A DNA stretch of 64,000 bases, from the NCBI RefSeq assembly GCF_964355755.1, contig NC_092675.1, positions 1,049,812-1,113,811 on the forward strand, in the 5' to 3' direction. The notes beneath the pieces are model-generated. The model saw only the letters and a program-made list of their open reading frames with translations, did no database searches and had not been told where the DNA came from. Shown here one piece after another: positions 37,501 through 45,700 of this stretch. Every line of letters starts with the position of its first letter. Within the stretch, counting starts at the first letter, position 1. This DNA is from Antedon mediterranea (taxonomy: Eukaryota > Animalia > Echinodermata). The translations under genes were made by a program, and so were the position numbers.

Positions 37501-40500
37501 GATGGATGCTGTGAGATGTTTTGTAGGCCGGCAGCAGAAAGATTGGGATGTGTTTCTACCACAGCTAACTGGAGCCCTCCGGGCGACGGTGAATCGCTCG
37601 ACGGGGTACACTCCCAACATGCTGATGCTCGGACGAGAGATCAACCTTCCGGCCGATCTCATGTTTACAGCTAGCGACCCGCCAACTGCACGAGCACCCG
37701 ATAGCTACGTGACCGCTCTCACACAATCAATCCGTGAAGCACACGACATAGCACGGGCTACTCTGGGGGAAACGCAGCGACGCATGAAGAGAGACTACGA
37801 CCTCCGAGTCCTCTCACGCCCCTACGACCGTGGGGATAAGGTATATGTGCTAGATAATAGCCAACCGAAAGGTAAATGCAAGAAGCTGTGTCCTCCTTGG
37901 AAGGGACCCGGCATCATCATCCAAGTTATCTCTCCGGGACTGTTCCGGGTCAAGCTGAGGAACAAAGTGATGGTTTTGAACCATGACAAGCTCAAGCCCT
38001 GTCACGACCGGCAGCTCCCGCGGTGGATAACTAACTATCATTTATCTCTTTCAGATCCGAGCGAGGAGAACGTCGACGATGCGCCGGGAACGCTATACTG
38101 TTCCTGCCGGAAGCCCTGGGCTGGGTCATTCATGATTCAGTGCGATTACTGTGACGTTTGGTACCATGGCGCCTGCGTGAATGTCTCTCCTTTAGACGCT
38201 CTGAATATCGACCGCTACAAATGCGCTAATTGCAGAGACTGAGTATCCGAGCTGAAGCGATTGTAGGGTACCATTATTTAATTGTCTCCGTATTTTTGTA
38301 TCTCCATAGGTTGTTTTCGGCGCAACCGACATCCGGTTGAGACAACAACGGCAAGTCAATGGACGGTGGCGTGCCCTGTCGGGAGAGGAGCAGGAGGAAA
38401 CCCGGCGGCGACTACTCGCATCTGAACCTACCCTAGCCCCAACGGGGGAGGTCAGTGGAGATGTGACCGGCGTAGATACTGCCCTCGAGTCGACGCCAGA
38501 ACCACCACCATCCGGCGCGCCGACCGAGGATTCACGCCCACGGCGTAAGAACCCGTGCGTGTTTCCGGGATGTAACTTCGAGGCTGTGCACAACATGAGG
38601 AGGCACGTGTGGTCCCACCACCTCCCCTCATGTTTTAAGTTACCATCGACTCCGCAAAAAATACAGACCAAGCTCTGCCTGCTGCGGAAGTACGCCGTGG
38701 AAATATTGGGTAGGCCGGAGTCCACTTTGGACGACCTGGTCACCCAGCTGAATGCGGAGAGGGCTGTTGGTCCGCATGTAGGCGTCATCGACCAGAGGAC
38801 ACTGGAGATGATGTCCGAGCTACAAGCGGCGATCGGAGGTGAGCCACCTGAGGGATTTAACCTTGTGCCACTCAACCATCCAGCGGCCCTAATCCATTGG
38901 CGCTACATGGTAGCGATGGCCCAGCGGATGGACATCACTAAGATGAGCCAGCTAGCCGCCGAAGCTGAGGCCGAGAATCCCCTCGCCCAGCCCGCCGAAG
39001 CTGAGGCCGAGACTGGCCGCGCTCAGCCACCAGCCACCAAACGTAAGACCGTAAAACGCAAGAGGAGGCTCGGGTCACCGACCCCCTCCAGGCGGGAGAA
39101 GAAGATGGTGCGGACCACGATGAGAGCGTTCGACGCCCACTTCCACCCGGACCGTTTGCGCTCTTTTCTGAGGCTGTCTCCTCGAGCCACACTGATGGAG
39201 ACCTTGCTAGCTGAACCAGCTGGAGCCCAGACAAAGCCGGTAAGACCTGTTGGGGGTGTCGCCATCTTTTGCGATCCTCCCTCTTACCCTTCAGCGGAGG
39301 AGATTCATCGCCTCCGGCGGGAGGGGTATGAGGTGGGGGTCGGGGTGCACCCCAAGAAGGACGTCTCGCCTGGTCAACTCTCCCGACTGAAGGCCTTGGT
39401 GCGCTCCGGCGCTACCCGGGTGCTCGGGGAGATCGGCTTGGATCACTCCGTTCCGGTAGCTGACTGGTTCAGGCAGGAAGAGATGCTGCGGTGCCTCCTG
39501 GCACAGGTTTTCTCACCTCGACACCATCTGGCGATTTGCCTGCACCTAAGAGGCAGTCGCAACGATCCGACGGCGGAGACGTGTTATCAGAACTGCCTAA
39601 ACATCTTGCAGATAGCACGGGTTCCAAGATGTGTACGCATTCTACTGCATAATTTCTCATCGACTGTGTTAATGGCCGATAGGTTTAGGAGTGTTTTCCC
39701 CCTGACCTATTTCAGCTTTACACGGTCGGTGGAGGGCTTCAACGAAGAGCAGAAGGAAGCGTGCCGACACATCTTCCGCATGGATGACCGTCGCCTGCTA
39801 CTGGAATCAGATGGGCCCCACTTTGCTCCTCCGGGGCAACGAGTGGGTGCACCACATCTGCTCCATCACACCGCAGTAGGTAGTCGGAAGGATCTTAGGC
39901 CAGGACGCCGAGCAAGTTCTAGACTTGACCCGGAAGAACGGCCGAGATCTGTTCCTCATGGTGTAGAGCCGACCATTCCGGCGGCCTACCAGAAGTTTTA
40001 AGTTATTTTATTATGTTATTTTTTGTAAGGTGCCAGAAGATGCACCAGATTCAGTTATCTTAGCGTTAACCAAAAGTTATTGTTTTATTTTACAGCATGA
40101 CCACCCGGGCACCGGCCCTGGCCTTATAAAATCGGGGGAAGTGTAGTGAAATACCCCTCCGCTTAATGGTTCGGTCCACCGAGTGACCCGAGGTCATGTG
40201 TGCCGTCCCGGAGAGACCTGCGCTCTCTTGAGACTTGGACGACATAGGATAAACACGGGATATAGACACCGCACATCGGAAGTACACTGAGTGTTTTACC
40301 GTGTTCGATATCAAGACAGAGACAGCATACCGTAGTATTTACTGTTGACAAAGGTTGGGTGATGACCTCCCAAGAGACCAGCCCACCACGACAGGTAAGC
40401 CACACTACTTTCTGCTAGTCTGATTATACTCTCGGCCGTTTTACAACAGTACTAGTAGTAGCCTAGCTAGGCTAGGCCTAAATGCTAATTATTAATTTAC

Positions 40501-40808
40501 TATTATTATAGACCTAGCCTAGGTCTATTAGTCTATACAGTATTACTATTATTACTATTAGTTTATCAGTTAGCAGGTATTTACCTTGGTACGTCAGAGG
40601 AAGTAGAATAATCAGGCATTAGTCCTAGGCCTGGTTGAACATTCCAACTACTGGCTGTGGCCTCAGACGCTGGGGTTTGATACCGACTTCTTACCGTAGA
40701 TGGCTGTTGTTGGTTGCTCGACGACGATGAATGAATGGAAGGACGAGACGATGCAAACAAAGCATCGTTTTCTGTTATGTGATTATCGTTCTTTGATTGA
40801 TCTGCCAT
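28577..40808 (-). CDS. CASP6: Caspase-6-like effector caspase, 5 coding exons; intron 1 hosts the LTR retrotransposon
   Basis: Exons 40808-40695 (or -40585 with the alternative acceptor at 30680), 30670-30448, 30003-29828, 29527-29377, 28809-28577. Motifs [32 protein letters not shown]|ACRG (catalytic QACRG), [26 protein letters not shown] and [17 protein letters not shown] are characteristic of caspase-6. Confidence 0.88.
28884..29025 (+). repeat. Interspersed repeat starting with a degenerate minimal hammerhead ribozyme (Penelope/retrozyme-like); second copy 63145-63296 on the minus strand
   Basis: (T)TGATGA-AGGC-GTGTT-GCCC-GAAA-GCTC-TGC, followed by ~120 bp homologous to the reverse complement of 63145-63262. 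Confidence 0.55.
30105..30310 (+). mobile_element. SINE-like repeat fragment (related minus-strand copy ~56560-56700)
   Basis: Shared core GGACTATAAACCGTAGGCCAGTGTACA...ACTTTAAAGAACC..ACATCTT..GAG..AGTAGG resembles the conserved central domains of metazoan tRNA-derived SINEs. Ends in an AATAAA/A-rich tail. Confidence 0.5.
30797..31103 (+). repeat. 5' LTR (307 bp)
   Basis: TGTAGTGAAATACC...CGTTTTACAACA; identical to 40142-40448 except GGAGGTAC vs GGAAGTAC. Contains TATA-like GATATAG (~30913), ATG at 31017 and splice donor CAG|GTAAGC at 31049/31050. Confidence 0.97.
31105..31118 (+). promoter_or_regulatory. Primer binding site, probably tRNA-Ser
   Basis: TGGCGCTGCGAGCA one base after the LTR, complementary to a tRNA 3' end ...UGCUCGCAGCGCCA of the serine-tRNA type. 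Confidence 0.75.
31833..33890 (+). CDS. Gag (685 aa): N-terminal ComEA-like helix-hairpin-helix domain, capsid-like core, coiled coil, CCHC zinc knuckle
   Basis: [46 protein letters not shown] (two HhH motifs); [14 protein letters not shown]...[14 protein letters not shown] (retrotransposon Gag/MHR-like); [14 protein letters not shown]. Confidence 0.9.
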   Translation: MPPKARLISINFCDVTDLLLVPGIGAARAQKLLDWRGRYGNITPVNIGDIKGLGKTKFSRWFDFTPNPKRGGIITTMNAVTYLVDARNETRAASLNPANGDSTVHREPRGDERDRSYFPANPGPGHEFRSPTLPEVPLRSEVEEDRPLCDGNGTPFNPFVGSPEGVVPSHMPGQYSYVDSWGEPEYRDTPPTLSSHGTRVTSTVSPGITPVYSRAQATPQAEQNVRGNTPVVTASTTSAYTRPHTPVSHRPQYYNNRGGHPPARRSSREVPQRRQVDWAYGNHDRTYYGGSESEGENAQPSFHTDHDEFLASFREFLRSTERRAPRRQQQQQPHFRSKDIPKNLSFSGRDNWVLFKQRFLNYADEYGLSDRGMRDAFQWCVTGIAADYFINLTHMNRDLSFRHIIGAFDERFKAEELPEVLQVKLEAASQQEGESIEDWSDRVLTLTRKAFRELPKDWIHRRAVVKFCVGCLDAEAGQYILHQNHTTLVRALAAYEKYIGFRELCNRGRKGRPREQVRPHVRFATVPDRRHHRSPPSYTIESSESGEEVEVRQVGKGWTRPASLEKPVVPGPVDRKDQYDRKGPPRPTPPRTETRMEAVERQVGQLNTNVDQLTTNVGHLMTRFDSLLTALHPTPTSPPSPGRRYSTSPPRVCFECREPGHFRKDCPKLARQVRQIESEGDQSSN
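33881..33925 (+). promoter_or_regulatory. Probable -1 ribosomal frameshift signal joining gag and pol
   Basis: The pol frame is -1 to gag and open only from 33875 (after TGA 33872) through to ATG 34103. G_TCA_AAC_TAG is followed by the hairpin CAGGTTGGAAGC...GCTCCCCAACCTG. Confidence 0.7.
33884..38242 (+). CDS. Pol: aspartic protease, RT, RNase H, integrase, C-terminal PHD finger (first ATG 34103)
   Basis: AVVDTAAD (PR), [22 protein letters not shown] and LAFLDDIVV (RT), [26 protein letters not shown] (RNase H), [38 protein letters not shown] (IN), WKGP, then [31 protein letters not shown]...YKCANC (C4HC3 PHD). Confidence 0.96.
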   Translation, partial: KLDQVGSAAQLPNLSPRPGSGLVTGNKGKYKGSKNNGKDNKSIDNPRDNGDNINRNISHINTGQDNTNNSFITMSNLSETTLRSDLLPGGGDPPVGTTSTTNESLEPRGAAGWTRPVEVAGTADETEEPIVINRVRSNRALYTTVYVNQTEVTAVVDTAADRTILSDNVYSRLVPKPPIVAKLNFTLAGRGTSMPGYKVGPIHFRLGSESYTEFFYVAPIHDEMLLGQDFLVKNGAMVDCGQLLLTVGASTVSLRGNREPEPPRTARVLVAKRRVIPPHSVVHVQCQLSPNHLPLPDFFIDPEINASVAIPATTHRGLRIPHLCVVNTSDMYVTLKQGRNIATATEVDQVEEDGKANAADVCSAASHDKPVSSAVPMHLVDMLEASRADLSDSEFAQLSSLIIQHQEAFASHQFDIGTFKDIEHTIDTGKAPAIKQRLRPTPIRFAGEEEKEIKKMLQAGVIQPSISEWASPPVLVRKRDGSVRFCIDYRALNNITIKDAYPLPLVRDCIDTLSGNIWFSKLDALWGYWQIPMKEEDQRKTAFITKHGLYEFVKMPFGLSNCPATFSRAMGLVLRGLVWDVVLAFLDDIVVLGKTFEDHLNNLTTVLGRFRNANLKLKPKKCVFFQRKVEFLGRIVGDNSFTVSDTDVEAVQNWPTPTNLREVQQFLGLANYHREFISSFANLAVPLYRLTEKGVQFVWGEDQRIAFESLKNALVQPPVLTLPNIRDEFILDVDASDHAIGGELLQMQEGKERVIAYASIRLTAEQRNYCTTRKELLAIVYMTRHFRHYLLGQPFRVRTDHSSLTWLLNFKGPQGQLARWMEELSQYTMVVEHRRGRLHTNADALSRLGGCEHGTITPDDLPCGGCTYCRRTHAKWARFREDVDDVVPISQIRQASRGVGSEGFVWDPGGRATVEVTRAPNGLTNICVLQDGDMVTSIQPETPTARCWGYSVSELRDQQRKNADLQPILRWLERQDDPSTNELFLFSPSTKFFWLNRDRLHLSDDGILFLKHETSGERLLVLPRGLQLVALRLHHDLPSAGHQGIARTRFRLKEKFFWYGMSRDIGRYVANCEVCNRNKKTGRKARYPLTNFHAGTPMERVHIDFLGPLPKTNMGNVYILMMVDQFTKWVEASPLPCQTAEVTARAVVGNFFSRFGMPLELHSDQGSNFESELFSSLCKVLQIHKTRTTSYRPAANGQVERYNRTLMDAVRCFVGRQQKDWDVFLPQLTGALRATVNRSTGYTPNMLMLGREINLPADLMFTASDPPTARAPDSYVTALTQSIREAHDIARATLGETQRRMKRDYDLRVLSRPYDRGDKVYVLDNSQPKGKCKKLCPPWKGPGIIIQVISPGLFRVKLRNKVMVLNHDKLKPCHDRQLPRWITNYHLSLSDPSEENVDDAPGTLYCSCRKPWAGSFMIQCDYCDVWYHGACVNVSPLDALNIDRYKCANCRD
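38310..39966 (+). CDS. ORF3: zinc-finger-like and basic N-terminal region fused to a TatD-family metallo-nuclease; probable 1-nt frameshift at ~39877 in this copy
   Basis: TatD motifs in order: [46 protein letters not shown]. The C-terminal TatD-like helix [25 protein letters not shown] lies in the +1 frame (39880-39966). The ORF is preceded by a polypyrimidine-AG acceptor at 38308-38309. Confidence 0.85.
40127..40141 (+). promoter_or_regulatory. Polypurine tract
   Basis: AAAATCGGGGGAAG immediately precedes the 3' LTR. Confidence 0.75.
40142..40448 (+). repeat. 3' LTR (307 bp)
   Basis: Direct repeat of 30797-31103 with one substitution found; followed by TSD GTAC. Confidence 0.97.
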
Positions 40809-41453
40809 GTCCAAATTTAATTGAGGCTAGTTTTGACTAGGCCTACTTGATACAGATTTAGAAAATACAGTAGGATATCATCAATCACAGAAGTGACACA
40901 CAGAAAACCGACAGAATAATACACACACAACAAAAAACAAACAATACAAATGATGTCATTAGTAAGTCTGCTCTACAATGACAGACGAACCAATTCGCGT
41001 CAACTATTATGTGTAACGCGTTACTAATTTAAAACATGATAAAACAGCATATTTAACCTTGTTTTTTCTGGTATAAAATATAAATTGATTTACCATTATT
41101 GGCATATTAATCAATGAAATAAAATGTAAATAGTTATATCATAGAACGAGGAGATTACAGTCGAGTCATGCGCAGTTCATAAAATCCAAACAAAGAAAAG
41201 ATGTGATAGAGGGCGGTTGCATGGAATAGCAGTTTTAGTTTCGTTTAGTATAGTTTTTAAATTGTTAAATTTGAATGATTTCAACAAGAAAAAGGGTAAT
41301 TTAAAAAAAAGTTTTTACCGGCGGCACAGGCGAAAAGTTTTCATTGTCAATCAGCCTTTCCTTTAGTTATAAACAGTACTTTTAGGCTCTTGGTTATCTG
41401 TTTCGCTTTTATCATGATTTGTTGTTTGTTTTTAATATTTGTTTTCTCTTTTG

Positions 41454-42741
41454 CAAATACCATGGAGTAAAGAAGCTTTACTCCATGCAAATACAAAGCT
41501 TGGCTTAGTATCATCAGGGAGTTGTAACAAATCCCTGGTATCATGACTTGTTTTTGCAAACAATTCTATTAATCTACCACCCACACTGACGTGTTACATT
41601 TTCTTTTACGTATGGAGAAAGTATCCTGTATCTGAATTCGTTTATCTATTTATGGTACTGAAAATAATTGACATCCGTTTCTTATCTGTTTCCTCTCCTC
41701 ACGAACATCAACTACCACCAGTCTACCAGCTACCCCAAGGTCGCCCTGAATAAACAATCATATATGTGACGTCATAATAGTCCACTTTGTGATTGGCCCA
41801 CGACTAGTAAAATTAACCGAGGATCCAATTCTTACCTTATCCAGGAAGCTGTCACAAACGAATTGATCAAACAAAGCGCAAAGATCTCATAAGACATGTC
41901 AATGTGATTCATAGAAACCATCTACATCGGCAACAGAAAATATGTTTTCATTCCGTCTGCTAATATGCTTAGGTTTTATATTATTTATATCGGTAAGTAT
42001 ACTGACAAATTGTTTATTTTGCAAGTTGCAGGTAGTTGCATTATTGTTTGAAGTGAATTGGGTTTCACTTCATTTTTTGCAATTTTGCAAATTTTTACTC
42101 AAGGTTAGATAGAATGTTTTGTTCTTATTATGCATATCTAGTCTAAATATATATGCTAATGGGTGTACATAACATAGAGATGTGCATAGCCAGATTTGTA
42201 GTGCTTCTAATGCTAAATACAGTAACAAGAATATCACGAAGGACTTACATTACAATGTCCACATGCTGAGAACTAAATTCAACAACCTCACGGTCACTCG
42301 TAAATTCCTCACCCCTCGTTACAATTGCTCGAGATATACCTCCATGGATTGCTTAGCACCCTAGGGGTTAGGCCTAAAAATCATACATATTATGTTGTCT
42401 AAAATGTAGGCTATAGGCCTACTTTAATTTATATGGATTTTTTTGAAAAATTCAAGGAAATAAAAGAGATCGTGCAATGGTCGACGTATATATTTTACGT
42501 ATTGTATTAACTTCAATAAGGCCATATCTATCTAATATAAAGAAGTTGGGAAGAAAATTTTTGTTTAAATGGTATCAATAAAATTCGCCTAATCATTCAA
42601 GTCGTGATAAAGAAGTAGAGAGTGGAAAGAGAGGTATTAAGTCGAAAGAAAACTATTCATAATATGAGGAGAGGAAAATGTTAGAATTTGAAACAGAAAT
42701 ATTAAAGGCTATACCCATGGAGGATACCTCCATGCTATACC
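41454..42741. mobile_element. Three further 19-27-bp CA..TG hairpins with perfect 7-bp TSDs (P-element-type footprints)
   Basis: 41461-41487 CATGGAGTAAAGAAGCTTTACTCCATG (TSD CAAATAC); 41515-41537 CAGGGAGTTGTAACAAATCCCTG (GTATCAT); 42716-42734 CATGGAGGATACCTCCATG (CTATACC). Confidence 0.75.
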
Positions 42742-45700
42742 ATAAATTTTGAATATATAGTTTGGCAATAATCATAAAAAAGCAAGGGTGTCTATCAGGT
42801 AACACTTTCCATGTTACAATGTATAACAAAACAAAAGGGCGTTCAATAGTCCCGGTTGGGGGTACGTAATTGGGTGTGGGCGCAACAAGTGTAATTTTTG
42901 CCACAATAATGGCCACTGACTAATTTACTCAAAATTACGTAGGCTATAGCTACAGATTCCGGGGGCTGGAGATGATTCAAATGTATTCATGTTTCAACAA
43001 ATTACCGGTATGCGCGACTGTTGGCCAAACATTATTTGGAAAAATATACAAACAGTCAATACGAATATATATTCAGCTAGCGCTTCGGGAAATATATATT
43101 ATTCCCTCGAACATAATATCATTTCCTCGGGGATGTCAAATCTTATATTTAACGTCTAAGCAGTCAATATCTGTAAAATATTTGCCTGGCTCTGGTAAAA
43201 ATATGTATATATATATACTGTATACGGTACATGATTTTCTAGCAATATGTATGTATAGCCTACATTACAAGTTCCTATCTCGTTGACCTAGACATCATAT
43301 ATCGTGGGTTGCATTCCATTCTTTATTTTCGCAAATCAATTAATATCTTCCGTTTTCCCTTATATTCTCTGGGTTCTTGTTATATATTTCTATTAAATCG
43401 GTTAATTCTTTATGGTTTTCAGAAGGTTACGTTCAATGTTCAATAAAGCCGATTAAGTTCGGGGTTTCCTTATGGATTTCCGGGTGTTCAATATTAGATC
43501 TCACTTAATTCTTATCTATTGTTATACAATGTGTATTGCTATTTCATAAAACAAAATTATGAACCGCACTTTTTCACTTTTGCTGAAATCGTCAAAATTA
43601 AGAAAAGGTTTAAATTTACAGGAAAATATCAAATAATATGACAAACTCTATTAGTATTACATCCACTACCAAACCTGCATAATGATATCTTTAAAATATG
43701 ATTATTTAAATGATTTATGATTTACTTACATTTTAAGGCGTAATAGTATAGTTATATTGGGATTTTTTTGTATTTTTATTTTAGTTCGTTGATGCTGGAA
43801 AACAAGAAACCGACGGTAAGTTTTGAATAAAATGTTTTAACAACTTTGTTTCGTCATTTATTACTCAAATGTGTCACATACACAAACAGTTATTATGTGA
43901 GTGTAGGCCTACACATTCTATAACTTACGACACATATTAAAATATTCAGTATACTGTAATATAGTTCTAAAGTACTTTGTTAAATTATTTTGGAAACACA
44001 AATATCAAAGTTTCTCCAATTAATAAAATGGTTCTTTCTTGACTTACAATTCTTCTGGTCATGAATTTCATAGATGAATTATATCGTAGTTTAAACAGAA
44101 GATCGCCTGGGAACCCACGACCACCAATTAAACCGAGAGTACCACATCGTCGCCAAACAGATAGACCGAGACCCAGACCAAGATACCCTATAGCGACCTC
44201 ACCACCTCCTCCTCCTCTACCCCAAAAAGGTAGTGAAAAGATCAATGATTTCAGCACATTGCACCTCGGAGTTTACACATATCAGGCGTTGACGGACGGC
44301 TGTGTGTGCAAACTCCGGTATTTTGCTAAGGTGATGAGATTAGTTTGCCACTATAGTGAGATTATTTATAGGACTGGAATATCATTTCATTTACATACAC
44401 TTATGGTCCTGAAGTCAGAACATTGCAGCTTACGCATCTACATTTGTGATCACGTTTCGTCTTCGATTATAGTTTAGCTTTCAAACGAATTTCATATTAA
44501 AATGTTGTTTGTATACTCCCAATGTCCAAGCTAATAGCAACAATATTCAGCACCAATGTTATTAGACAATAAAAATAACAGTAAACATTTATAGATTTAG
44601 AGACAAAACATGTACGGTAATAATAACAATAGCAGTGAAATCGTTTGGTATAATAATGACATTTATATAATTTGCACATGTAAAATACTTTTCTCTAAGT
44701 CCTCAACTACAGTAGAAGTGAAATCGAACTTCTAATGTTGGCCATATTTTTTTTTCAAAGCTGTTAGGAACCAAAATAGGAATGCTAATGCTGATGAATG
44801 GTCAACGGAAATAAGGTATTTATTATATTATGTTATCATAGCTAGTAACATAACTAGAATAACAATTTTGATGCTCGTGTGACTCCATTCTGTAATCATA
44901 TAGTCCTAACTCCTAACTCTCAAAATTTATTAACTGGACGTGTATTGTAAACAAAAATTGTCACATCTTGAGAATTAGGAAAACATGAATCTGCGTATTA
45001 CGAAACATTTAAACTACATTTTTTGGTTGACATTTTAGATTAGTTGATGGAGAAAGTGACAACATTGGTCGTGTTGAAATTCGTGCAGAAGTCAAGCCTG
45101 GTAAAATAAAATGGGGGAAAGTATGTCATGATAAATGGGAACAAGAAGATGCAGACGTTGCCTGTCGACAGTTAGGATTTTCACGGTAAATAACATGTAA
45201 ATGATTACTCCATGCTCTGACACGCGTGTAATATTCGTGCGGATTTTGTATACATCCATACAGCGAGGAGCCCTTTAGCACTCGTTTTAGCAAGCATGCA
45301 ATGTTTCGACATGACACTCGCTTCTCTAACATTTCTTTTTACAGTAGTTGAAGACAAAAATTGTACATTGTCTCATCGCTTCTTTTAAAGTGTCTTCATC
45401 GATCAAAACTGTCTTTTATAGGGGTGCAAAGAAAGTCATTAAAAATGCAGAGAGAACATTTGGGCCAGGCAAACTTAATTTCTTTATGGATGACGTCGAG
45501 TGTTCTGGAACCGAAGAAGCTTTACAGCTTTGCACATTCGGAAAGAAGGGTAGTAATAAGTTCGGTAGAGGTAATTGCAAGGATAAGAAAGTCAGGACTG
45601 CCGGGGTCGAATGCTGGATCAACCAGCTAACAAGTATGTGTAACTAAAACTACTATTGATTTATTATTTTCAAAACAGTATTTCAGCAGCAACAAACATT

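Larger units (their letters stand above)
30797..40448 (+). mobile_element. Full-length young Ty3/Gypsy LTR retrotransposon with HhH-Gag, PR-RT-RH-IN-PHD Pol and TatD ORF3
   Basis: TG..CA 307-bp LTRs, 4-bp TSD GTAC (30793-30796 / 40449-40452), PBS, PPT, intact gag and pol, and PR-RT-RNaseH-IN domain order. Markedly more GC-rich than the host DNA. Confidence 0.97.

Noticed and set aside
31833-39966. Bacterial contamination or a chimeric contig suggested by ComEA-like and TatD domains and higher GC
   Set aside because: The domains lie between matched LTRs with a TSD inside a spliceosomal intron, and HhH and PHD are fused in frame to Gag and Pol.
38337-40001. ORF3 as an envelope (env) gene
   Set aside because: No signal peptide, furin/fusion-peptide arrangement or TM anchor; it has TatD motifs instead.
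28577-40808. Functional link between TatD (apoptotic DNA degradation in some organisms) and the host caspase
   Set aside because: The insertion is very recent and antisense; the juxtaposition is most simply coincidence or promoter-proximal targeting.
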